Shown: piece after piece, positions 52,888 to 64,000 of the stretch
Layout: each line of letters begins with the position of its first letter
Numbering within the stretch: position 1 is the stretch's first letter
Assembly: GCA_951406725.2 (NCBI GenBank)
Contig: OX597816.1
Span: forward strand, 128,960,001 to 129,024,000
Length of the DNA: 64,000 nt
Reading direction: 5' to 3'
Origin: Octopus vulgaris
Lineage: Eukaryota
The notes under the pieces: model-generated
Told to the model about the DNA's origin: nothing
Seen by the model: only the letters and a program-made list of their open reading frames with translations
The model's database searches: none
Position numbers and translations under genes: made by a program

Positions 52888-52999
52888 ACATACTTAGTGA
52901 CAGTTATAGTTTTCCTTTTGGGTAACACATTGCACGTAGTTGTGTGTGTGTTTATATATATATATATGGAGAGAAGTGTATTCCCATGCCGGAAAAATA

Positions 53000-53183
53000 T
53001 AGAAGAATTTGTTTGGGGGTTTGAAAATGCCCCTGAATCTCAAAATGTGTAATCGTTTTTAAATTTTGCAATAGATTTATTCAAATACCAAACTGGTTTT
53101 GACAATCTATAACCAAATTTAAAAACAACTACATGTTTTGAGATTCAGGTGCATTTTCAAAGCTCAAAACAAATTTTCTTACA
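53000..53183. repeat. Inverted repeat (about 78-bp arms)
   Basis: TTTGAAAATGCCCCTGAATCTCAAAA is mirrored by TTTTGAGATTCAGGTGCATTTTCAAA. Confidence 0.8.
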
Positions 53184-53202
53184 TAAATATATATATATAT
53201 AA

Positions 53203-53419
53203 ACGGGGAGGTGCTGAAAAATTTCTGGCTTTGGGTAAAAGAAAATATAGGAGGATCAGCTAATTATAATTTCATTCAACATATTTGCCTCTCAGATTCA
53301 CACACTTATTGTTGTCGTCCTTCAGTTTTCCCTAAGCCCTGTAAAAGAACTCGGAAGGTTGGGCCTCCAGCCAGGCTTTTTGTGATACCTTAAAAGCAAG
53401 GAACTTTTCAGCATCATAC
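53203..53419. mobile_element. Mariner-type MITE in (TA)n
   Basis: TIR-like GTGCTGAAAAATTTCTGGCTTT / AAAGCAAGGAACTTTTCAGCAT. The right end is repeated again at about 53539-53575. Confidence 0.65.
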
Positions 53420-53580
53420 ATATATATATATATATATATATCAACAATAATAATAATAAGGATTATTATGAAGTGGTATAGCAAACATTTGGAGTAATCT
53501 CTTACTATTTACGTGTGTGTGTGTGTATCTATATATACATACCTTTAAAGCAAGGAACTTTCAGCATCGTCTCATATATA

Positions 53581-54613
53581 TCTCTTATGATAAAAGGCAG
53601 ATTTTCTCTGTCTGTGACTGTTCGTTTGCTATACGATTGTACAATATAGAATTTCTTCAATTGGAATTTAGCTATGATTTTTCGAAGTAGATTCGATTGG
53701 GTCATGGCATATAAATTTTTTTCAATTAAGCAAAAATTCGATAAAACTCAATATTTTACGATTTGCCTCTCTCATTTCAACTGCTTTACTCTTTCTATTA
53801 CCACACTTTCTGCTACTTTCTCTTTGCAAGTGTATACCACTCTGATATCCTCTTTCTACCACTCTTATTCAACATCACACATTCTGCTACTTTCTCTTAT
53901 TAATGTTTAAACCACTCCTCAAAAAAAGACAGAGAGGAAACAGAGAAAAAAATAAATACATAACGATTTACTCCTCACACACACACATAGACACGTAAAC
54001 ATATACATATATGACAGTGACAAACACAAACGTTTCAAACAACTACATGCAAACACTCAAACACACACACACACACGTGTGTGTTTGTTATTAGTAAAAA
54101 AGGCGCCAAACACAATTCACTTTCTCATTCGAACACATTTGCAAACACACACCAACAATTCACTCACATATGGTGAGTAGATGCTATTGTTCTATATTTT
54201 ATAAATTACCCATATTTACTTACCCATGCTTCATTCCCCTCTTGCCTACATAGGGCATCCATTCTCTTTCAACACAGCATGAAGTTTTGTAACAGCACAT
54301 CTGCTGCCGTTTGTGGAAAACGAAGAGACCCTATTCACCTATGAACGTTTTACACCGCCTTCCACGACTATCAAATTCTTACAATTATGAGAACAATAAC
54401 ATGGCTCTTTTCAAGGCAACCTTGCATTCAATTCCTACACCATTCTACGAGGGGGTAGGAACCCCTTTACACGGCTTTCTATACACTTACAAATACATTC
54501 ATTCGCCGTAAACTTATATCAATATTTGCCTGAATAATCATCATAATTCAGTGCAATCATTAACAGTACTTTCAAGCAATTCAGCCCCGAGCAACGCCGG
54601 GTAATTCCGCTAG
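53581..54613 (+). mobile_element. Non-autonomous Helitron
   Basis: A|TC start, hairpin CCCGAGCAACGCCGGG at 54586-54601, and CTAG|T end. Confidence 0.85.
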
Positions 54614-54846
54614 TATATATATATATATAATTGTCTGAAGAACTTATAATCCTTTAAGGGATGCTAGCATCTTAGTCCTCTTGCTTATACCAATGTTCAG
54701 TGAGAACTAAACATATTAGTTTTGCATTGATATATATATAGGTATTTAAAATATTTATGAATGAGAAAAAAGAAGAAAATGGGAGAAATTGACATGCAGA
54801 CATCAGTTTATTTCAAGATATTCAAATCCATATAATGAAATTCCAG

Positions 54847-54954
54847 TCCTACAGCTGTTTCCATATCCAATTAATTAAATTACAGAAATCAAATTAAATT
54901 AAATTAATTCAAATTTTCATGTTAAAGCTGGTTAATTGGGTATTTCATAAGGGA
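54847..54954 (-). ncRNA. Hammerhead-like motif with long stem II (probable Penelope-like pLTR, about 54740-55800)
   Basis: TCC-CTtATGA-A-ATACCCAATTAA...TTAATTGGATAT-G-GAAA-CAGCT-GTA-GGA. Stem III is the palindrome ACAGCTGT. Confidence 0.65.
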
Positions 54955-55998
54955 AGAATTTTCCAAAAGAGAGTTACATTTCAACGTGTTAGTTGACCTA
55001 TGACAGACTCAGATGTATGCATTTTAGAATGTGTGTGTTGTTTTTAAAAATAAAAGTTATTTTCATATATATACATATAAACAAATATATTTGATATATT
55101 TGTTCACGTGCATATATGGCTGAAGCAGGAAGACCAAAAATGGCTTGAAAGTCATGAGATGCCGGCAGGAAAATAACATCACTAGGTGAGACAAGCTGAC
55201 ACTGAATTAGCTTCGCTGATTGACAGGTGACAGTCTTGTTTAGAGAATGCTTGGGCTAAGACTACGTGCCTCCATTGGTCAGTTAAAGTTGAAACAGTGT
55301 CACATAACAACTTGCTGGGACTGCCTGCTGGGGCTGCCTGCTGGAGCCTAGCAGCAGGTATTTAAAGGGAAATTTGACAAGACAGTCAGTTGCCCGCTGA
55401 CACTCGTTGATACTACATCCAAGAGGCAAGGGAACAGAAGAAAGAAGAAGAAAGAAGACATGCATCCAACATCAGAGCTGAAGACAGCTCCGAAAGGCAG
55501 GGGCCCCACCACATCAAAACGGTAGAGGAGTAAGGGCTGAAAGCGGATGTGGTTCCTCCTGATGATGTCTTGAGCGAACTGGGTCCTATAAAGGAGCTGT
55601 TGTGGTAGCAGACCACATAACACGGTTGAAATTCCTTCCTACATGATGTTTTTTATTGGTGGTGGTGTGATAGTTAAGGCTAAAAAGATGTTATAAGGTG
55701 AGAGCAAGATCAAAGCAAGTGAGAGAGAAAAATGGGTAGGAAAAGAATGAGGACAAGAGTGGTAACATTCAAGTAGTTGTTCATGTGTTTGTTAAAATAC
55801 TGAAGACAACAAAAAATATGACGTATCAAAACTGCTAGTTAATTACCATATGATGGTGTTGTGCCATCAATATTTGTGCATAAATCTATACTCAATATAA
55901 ACTTTGTAAACAAAAACAAAAAACTAGATATTATCAGATACTATTTATAGATAATTTATATTAAAACTAAGTACACTAAAGTTGTAATTATTATTAAG

Positions 55999-56032
<34 letters not shown>

Positions 56033-56034
56033 TT

Positions 56035-56066
<32 letters not shown>

Positions 56067-56073
56067 TAGATAT

Positions 56074-56121
<48 letters not shown>

Positions 56122-56184
56122 ACAATAATAATAATAAGGATTATTACAAAGTGGTATAGCAAATGTTTGGAGTAATCCCTTATT

Positions 56185-56233
<49 letters not shown>

Positions 56234-56260
56234 ATGTGCATGTTTGTGTGCATGCACGCA

Positions 56261-56295
<35 letters not shown>

Positions 56296-57549
56296 AAAAT
56301 ATATTTCATGTATTTTCATGGAAGCTTTATGCTCTTGAAACTCTTGCTGTAATTACACGTAACAGATTTTCCCATTGAGTTCCATATTACATAGCATGAA
56401 AGTCAGTAGGAAAATAGGTTTCTCGTTAAAAGATCTCCCAATATATTAAGACTTTTCAAGAATGCAAAGCTGCAATTATACAAGGGACGCCTTTAAATAA
56501 AACATATTCCAGTCAACTAGAGTAAAATATAAATATACTCCAATGTTCTGAATTTTGTCTTATTCAAGTAGTGTTAGCATATCAGTTCTTTCTTAACAAT
56601 TGTTAATCTAATAGTATTATGCAAATTAGCTCATTTTGTTTTAATTAAGATGTAGCTATATGATTACAAGCTGGTGGGGGAAGGGGGTCTACGCATAACA
56701 GCAACTAGAATTGAGTGAACTCTGTTTGAAAATGCTTCTAAAAAAATCTGTGCTGTTAGTTTGACACCCATGCTATGCTATCAAGCACTTGTGTTATACT
56801 ATTTGAATGGCATGTTTTAAAAATATATTTCATCTCGGCATGTATGATTATCAAAAATTCATGCTGGGTTGGTGTATTAATAATTTATTCATTAGTCTGA
56901 GCAAACAAAGCAGTACTTGTGACCTTTTTAGGTTTTTCTTTAGAAAGGGATCAGTTTGCAGTTGCAGCAGAAATTATGGTAGTTGTAAGAAGAAAATGTA
57001 AATATGTTTACACAGCTCATTATGTAGGTGAATGTGAAGAACACACCATTTCAGAAGTGAGATACATAAACTCATATAAGGTTTGTATTTCTGCTTTGTT
57101 AGAAATTTTCCAAGATGGAATTATATTTGACTTATCCTTTTCTTTGCAATTTTAACAATTTAGGATAACAAAACTGGATAAAATATAGTGTCTCCTTCAA
57201 TGATTACCAGAAATAGTTAGGCTATGTATGTACAGAAAATGCTACAATTTGTACTAAAATATCTCATGAGCAGAAGAACAGTGATATAATTCTCTTTCTT
57301 TGCTATTTATTGTCTTGTTGACAAATGCTACATATTTAAGTCAGAAAATCTTAAAAGAGCAGTTTTCATTGAAGGTGGGTTTCATTATTGCTATCATTTT
57401 TAACATCAGAATTAACTACTTTAAATGCTGTGATTAGGTAAAAAATTAAGAATTAGCTATCAATACCAGTTCGTCAAGGAAGCAAGGGAGACAACTTAAG
57501 ACATTCTAAATAATTAGGTTTCATCAGTAGAAGTATAGCCTTCATTTAT

Positions 57550-58080
57550 ACTTGCTGAAGCAACTAACATACCGCATAAAATGTGCATAGGAAACACTGA
57601 GTAGTAATAGAAAATTAAATTAATTGATAATTTAATGATAAAGAAATGCATTCCACATATTTAAGTAATTAACAGGTGAGTTGATTACTTCTGAGGTTTT
57701 CAACATTAGAAGTAACCACAGTAGAGTTAAATACTGAAATTAGAAGCATTGATAATAGATTAATTTTACTTTGAAGAGTGACTTAGTGTCAACATATATT
57801 TAGAAAAAAATGTTACAATCATTTTAATGCCCAAAGCAGAAGAATATCTTGAAGCTAGTTTATGACCTCCTTAATATCAATTTTTCTGCTATTAATTCAA
57901 CTGCCTTTGATGAACCTGTCAGTAATATCTCACTTTCAATGAAAATTCTTCCCTTCATACTATTACGCCCTACTTTACTATTAATATAATATCTCACACC
58001 AAAACATAACACATTAATTCTTTCTCAGAAGGATAGTCACTCTGGAGCTTCTTCCTCGTGATGTTTCCTCACTCCTCAAG
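57550..58080 (-). mobile_element. Possible very old mariner transposase trace
   Basis: Only a weak resemblance to KVMLCVWWD..YY.Q..LLHDN spacing, with many stops. Confidence 0.25.
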
Positions 58081-58084
58081 AGCA

Positions 58085-59025
<941 letters not shown>

Positions 59026-59471
59026 GGTATAAAGAAGCTAAGGTTAACCCATAATATGATACCACAATATGGCAGTGGATTTTTCATTGGTCTCAAAAAA
59101 CATTCAGTTGTTTTACCAGCTTATGAAATCAAAGTATAAACAGTTGAGTATTCCATAGACATGTATACTTCAAACACAGTTCCCATGTTAAATTAGAATA
59201 ATTTTGAAATACAAATACAAACCAGAGAGTAAGAAAGAGAGAGAAAAACTGACCTCAGGACTGCTTGATACTTTATTTATTGACTCCTGAAAAGATGAGA
59301 AACAAGCTTGATGTCAGTGGAATCCAAACACAGAGTACAGAATATAAGAATAAATATCACAAGGCATTATATCTAATATAGCTAATTTATTGCCTGCATA
59401 CTGTATAAATTATGGAGATATACTTGCATAGCAAGTGACTTGATCTGAGATTGTGTGCTGAAACAAAAGTA

Positions 59472-59718
59472 ATTGCAGCATGGAAGATGTTTGTAAGCCA
59501 TTTAAGAAACACACAAAAGCTGTTAGCTTCACTTCAACATTTAAATTTAATTTGTGTCAAAATATTTTGGTTGCTTTGAAACTGTAGCCTGTTCACTGAC
59601 AAAACTTTGTGATGCAATGTCGAAAATATTTTGACACAAATTAAATTTAAATGTTGAAGTGAAACTAACGGTTTTTGTGTGTTCTTAAATGGCTTACAAA
59701 CATCTTGAATGCTGCAAT
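59472..59718. repeat. Inverted repeat (about 97-bp arms, about 55-nt loop)
   Basis: ATTGCAGCAT..TGTGTCAAAATATTTT is mirrored by AAAATATTTTGACACA..ATGCTGCAAT. An unmirrored extension spans 59410-59472. Confidence 0.9.
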
Positions 59719-61120
59719 ACTGTATAAAGTTATACTGAAAAGATTACATCTTATTCTTAAAATCAGGCATTTCAGTATGTTGAAATGTTATATATATGGT
59801 CAGATTCAGATCTTTTGTATGAGACTGAGATACCTATTGACACCTAAGTGCAAAGACTTAGAGTGCAGTATAGACTTTATTGATATATTTGTATAAAGTT
59901 TTGAAGGAGATTGATTTTCAGGTACAAACTACCTTCTAACACCGGAAAACCATGTCAAATGAAAATGGTCAGCACTCACTATAGTATTGCTCCAGTCACT
60001 CATTTGCCATCATATCCTACCATCAAAAACCATGAAAGCATCAACTGATTTCACGACAAAATCCATGGAGGTATTTGGCTTCAGTTCATCTTTATTGCCT
60101 GTATGCAGCAGCTATTTATAAACAAGGCAAGAGGCTACCAGGACCTCAATGAGATGGAGTTTGGCCATGATACTGATGCAGGTAGACATGAACTATGTTG
60201 AGAAAATGAGAATATCTTTGACAAACACAATTATAGAAATGAGTCTCCCCAGCATAAATGTCATGTTGATAATTTTAAAACATCATAGAAAATAGCAACA
60301 AAGACCTATATAAGCAATAACATAATTTTGATGCTGGTATTATTGTTGGGTTACTGGTAAGTAAAAACACAGGTTTTGATTTTTTATTGTCCCTGTAAAA
60401 TATCTTTCTAGATATTTTATATGATCACACTCCCAACCTGCTTGTTTTTATGTTGTTTTGGGTTATTTTTCTTTATCAGAGGTGATGGTCCCCTTTTTAG
60501 ATGGAATGTTTAATTAGTTTTTGTAATAACTTTACTTATATTAGTGAAATCTGTAATATATATATTTCTCCTTTTTATTTTATTTAACTTTCTTTCATTC
60601 CATTTTAGTGAATAAATGAATCTTTGGTCTTTGAAACTAGAACAAGTAGTAATGATAGCAAAACAATTTAAAATACATTTGTTACAGAAGCTATAACAAT
60701 TGATTTGGATATAGTCTAAAAGCAAAAATCCATAAAATCAAAAACACAAACAACTGAAGATAAAATCAACAACACAGTAATAAGACACTTGTAATTTCTA
60801 CAGGCTCTAAATTTCAATTTTGCAAATAAATTCAATAGAAATTGTGCTTTATTTAATTCCAGTCAGGCATATGCAGGATTCAGATTTTCTCTCAAAGTAT
60901 TTTTGCAGATTCAACTATTGTTACTATATTTTTTTCATTTCATTATTTTTAATATTTAACATTAGAGAAATATGCTAATTTACATAATTAGAGTAGTAAC
61001 ATTAACAACAACAACAACTACAGCAGCAACAACAGCAGCAGTGACAGCAGGAATGTAAAAATGAAACAGCATACAAGGAAACAGGAATTAAATTTTCCTG
61101 AATAATAAACAGTGCAGGCA

Positions 61121-61154
<34 letters not shown>

Positions 61155-61654
61155 GCTCTGAAAGAAACTGTTAATAGAGTTGGTGATGTGCTTCGGTCAA
61201 CTTAAGTAAGCTGACAAGGATTATAACTTGTCAACAGGACATGACACAGAAATGGCTGCTTAAAATATATTAACCTATTCCACAGAGAAGGTGAGGAATA
61301 CAAGAAACACACATGATTTGGTGACTGTGGCACTGTGTTGTTGATGTTGGTGGTGGTGGTGGTGGTGGTGGTGGTGGTGGTGAAATTTCATGCAAGTATT
61401 TTTTTAATCTTTTATAGACATTTACTTGTCTCAGAGCAAGACATGAACTCTGTATGGTAAAATCCAGAATTTTAAAAAATAGTTATTTGTCTGTATCAGC
61501 AAAAGTTAATCCATAAAGACAGTTAGTAGCAGTGAGTTGATATGCTATGAGGAGTGAAAGAACTTAATGTTCTGGGCATTTGTCCCTCTTCATAGAGAAA
61601 TAAATATTACAGAAGAGTTATTTCTTGGACTGCAAAATTGTGGATTTCTATTAT

Positions 61655-62047
61655 TCTTTTACTAGTTTCAGTCATTTGATTGATTGTGGCCATGCTGGAG
61701 CACCACCTCGAGGAGTTTTAGTCAAACAAATTGACCCCAGTACTTATTTTTTAAGCCTAGTACTTATTCTATAAGTCTCTTTTGCTGAACTGCTAAGTTA
61801 CAGGGATGTAAACACACCAACACCAATTGTCAAGCAATGATGGGAGACAAACACAGACACAAAGACACACATATAGATATATACATATATGTACGGCGGG
61901 CTTCTTTCAGTTTTCATCTACCAAATCCATGCAGAAGGCTTTGGTTGGCTCAAGACTATAGTAGAAGACACTTTGCCCAAGGTGCCACACAATGGGACTG
62001 AACCCAGACCATGTGGTCGGGAAGCAAGCTTCTTAACACACAGTCAT
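61655..62047 (-). mobile_element. Near full-length tRNA-derived SINE, uninterrupted
   Basis: Head, short internal TA/TG tract and 3' part are contiguous. It serves as the reference for the split copies. Confidence 0.85.
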
Positions 62048-62699
62048 GAGGAAATGAGTGAAATAAAGGAGTGCTGTGGGGAGAGGGGAGGAAGAAAAAA
62101 GGAAAAAGTGGGAGATGGTGCAAATAATAGAGTAGGTGGTAGCATGAGTGTAGGAGGTGGCATGTGGAAAATGGTATGGGTTGTGTGGGAGGTGATGTGA
62201 GTTTTGTGAAATGTAGTGTGAACAGTGGAGAAGATGGCTTTAGTAGGATGGATAGTAATGAGAGTAGTAGCAGGGGTGGGTAGTGTTAGCTTTGTAGAAG
62301 ATAGTATGAGAAGTGTGGGGTGTGGTATAAGAAGTCATATGGGAAATAATGTGAGGAGTGAACAAAGGAATATTAACTGTTTAGCATTTAACCCAGCGAT
62401 ATCTGACCAAAATACTCTACCTGTTTTATGTTCAAACTGGCTATAACTGGCCTCTCACACCTTCCCTACAATGTTATTCAAAAAATATATAATCATGTTA
62501 CTGAAGTCCTGAAGGTATGAGATAATATAGGATTAGCAAAGTTATGGTGTGTAAGCAAACTAACACCAGTTGTCATGTAGTGGAAGGGGACAAGTACAAA
62601 CACACACACACAAATATATGTATACGTATATGACAGATTTCTTTCACTTTTTGTCTACCAAACCCACTCACAAGGCCTTTCTTACTATACAGTCACACC

Positions 62700-62733
<34 letters not shown>

Positions 62734-62739
62734 GTTTTC

Positions 62740-63390
62740 TTAGAAAAATATAAACCGGAGAAGAACTGCATAATAGTGATAACAACGGTATTAGCAATGA
62801 TTACACCACACCTGGAAATTGATTGCTGATGAGAGTAGGGGATAAGCTCCTACCTTTTACCCTCATAGCCAATAGTTGGCATGACTGAAGAAGGATGACA
62901 CAGACGGAAACCTATGACCAACACCAAAGGGAGATAATCCCCACTGCCTATATCTATTGTTTCCACCTCCATATTTTAAAGAGGTGATAAGGCCATCAGG
63001 TCTTAGAGTCTGAAGATATGCCATAAAGGTACCCTGTATGGTGAGAAATCCAAGGTGACCCTATAAACTGGCCTTCACCGATTAAATTTAAATTTAATTG
63101 TAATCTGAATTTAAATTATAGCTGTGAAACGTACGTAAATTTTTTTTACTTATTATATATTGTTTATTCATTTTTGCACATTTTGTGATCTAGTTATATG
63201 TTTTAAAAAATATATTTTATTTTTTATTTAGATTTAGTTTATGTCTATCATTGATTGAATCGCATAATAGTGATTTTTCTCTAATTTATATCTTATATAT
63301 TTATATTGTGAAATTTGATTTAATACTGAATTGAATTTTTCCCTGTTAGTTTGGAGTTATACTCCCTAATATTATTATTATTATTATTAT
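62740..63390 (+). mobile_element. Probable Penelope-like pLTR fragment with decayed hammerhead (63004-63063)
   Basis: TAGAGT-CTGAAGA-TAT-GCCATA..TATGGT-GA-GAAA-TCCAAG-GTG-ACCCTA. Flanked by (TA)n. The 3' part is shared with the foldback at 37135-37572. Confidence 0.6.
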
Positions 63391-63813
63391 CATATATATA
63401 TATATATATATATATAGCAGTATGCATCTGTCGATCTTGAGAGATCATGGATCTGCACCCATAGAAATCATGCCAGCTACTGATTGATGGTGCTGCAGCA
63501 TCTGCTGTGGCTGTACGGGCCCACACAGTCACACATACAGCACCTGCATTTGAAGAAACTCTCTACTAGCACTACTGGTTTTTCCTTTCATTGAGTGCAA
63601 TTTCCTTAGGTGATGAGTTCCTGTTTACCTTCCCCTCCTTTCATTCCATTTCACAGATTATATACCTATGTGTGGTGGGGGGGGTTAAAATTTTGCTTCC
63701 CAACCACAATAAATCCCAATATGTGACAACTTGTGCAAGTGTCTTCTACCAAAGCATCAAGTCCACCAAAGTCTTGAAAAGGATTTGCTAGATGGAAAAT
63801 AAACAAAACCTGT

Positions 63814-63857
<44 letters not shown>

Positions 63858-63887
63858 CATGGATGGATAGATGGATATACATATATG

Positions 63888-63938
<51 letters not shown>

Positions 63939-64000
63939 ACACATATATTTATGTACATACATATTCATTATATATATATATACACACATATATATATATA

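Noticed and set aside
53000-53183. Possible hammerhead 3' half (CTCAAAACATGTAG) in the foldback
   Set aside because: There is no CTGANGA partner and the polarity would be inward, unlike the other cases. Kept only as an inverted repeat.
56800-57160. Possible second piggyBac C-terminal trace (WCINN..RRKCK..GECEEH)
   Set aside because: The similarity is too weak to separate from chance by eye.
59900-60300. Possible Tc1-like trace (QDLNEMEF resembling PDLNPIE)
   Set aside because: A single weak motif, with no other catalytic motifs or TIRs seen.

Overview
AT-rich eukaryotic repeat-dominated DNA. The repeat families (tRNA-derived SINEs with internal microsatellites, RTE tails ending in (GAT)n, very dense (TA)n/(CA)n/(CAT)n/(ATT)n) suggest an octopus or other coleoid genome; this is inference. 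I could not identify an intact host protein-coding gene, and most supplied ORFs are microsatellite translations. Recognisable content is decayed mobile DNA: two Ty3/gypsy relics (one CsRn1-like with a CHCC gag knuckle), a DD37D/maT transposase relic, a piggyBac relic, CR1 and RTE LINE 3' ends, a 5'-truncated Penelope-like element (RT plus GIY-YIG) with an inverted pseudo-LTR, several non-autonomous Helitrons, MITEs and many SINEs. The most striking pattern is a set of short head-to-head foldbacks from several unrelated families. Most carry type-I hammerhead-ribozyme-like motifs, all are polarised 3'-outward with an unmirrored tail on one side, and most sit in or next to (TA)n tracts, in one case inside a SINE. 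All coordinates were read by eye and are approximate at element ends.
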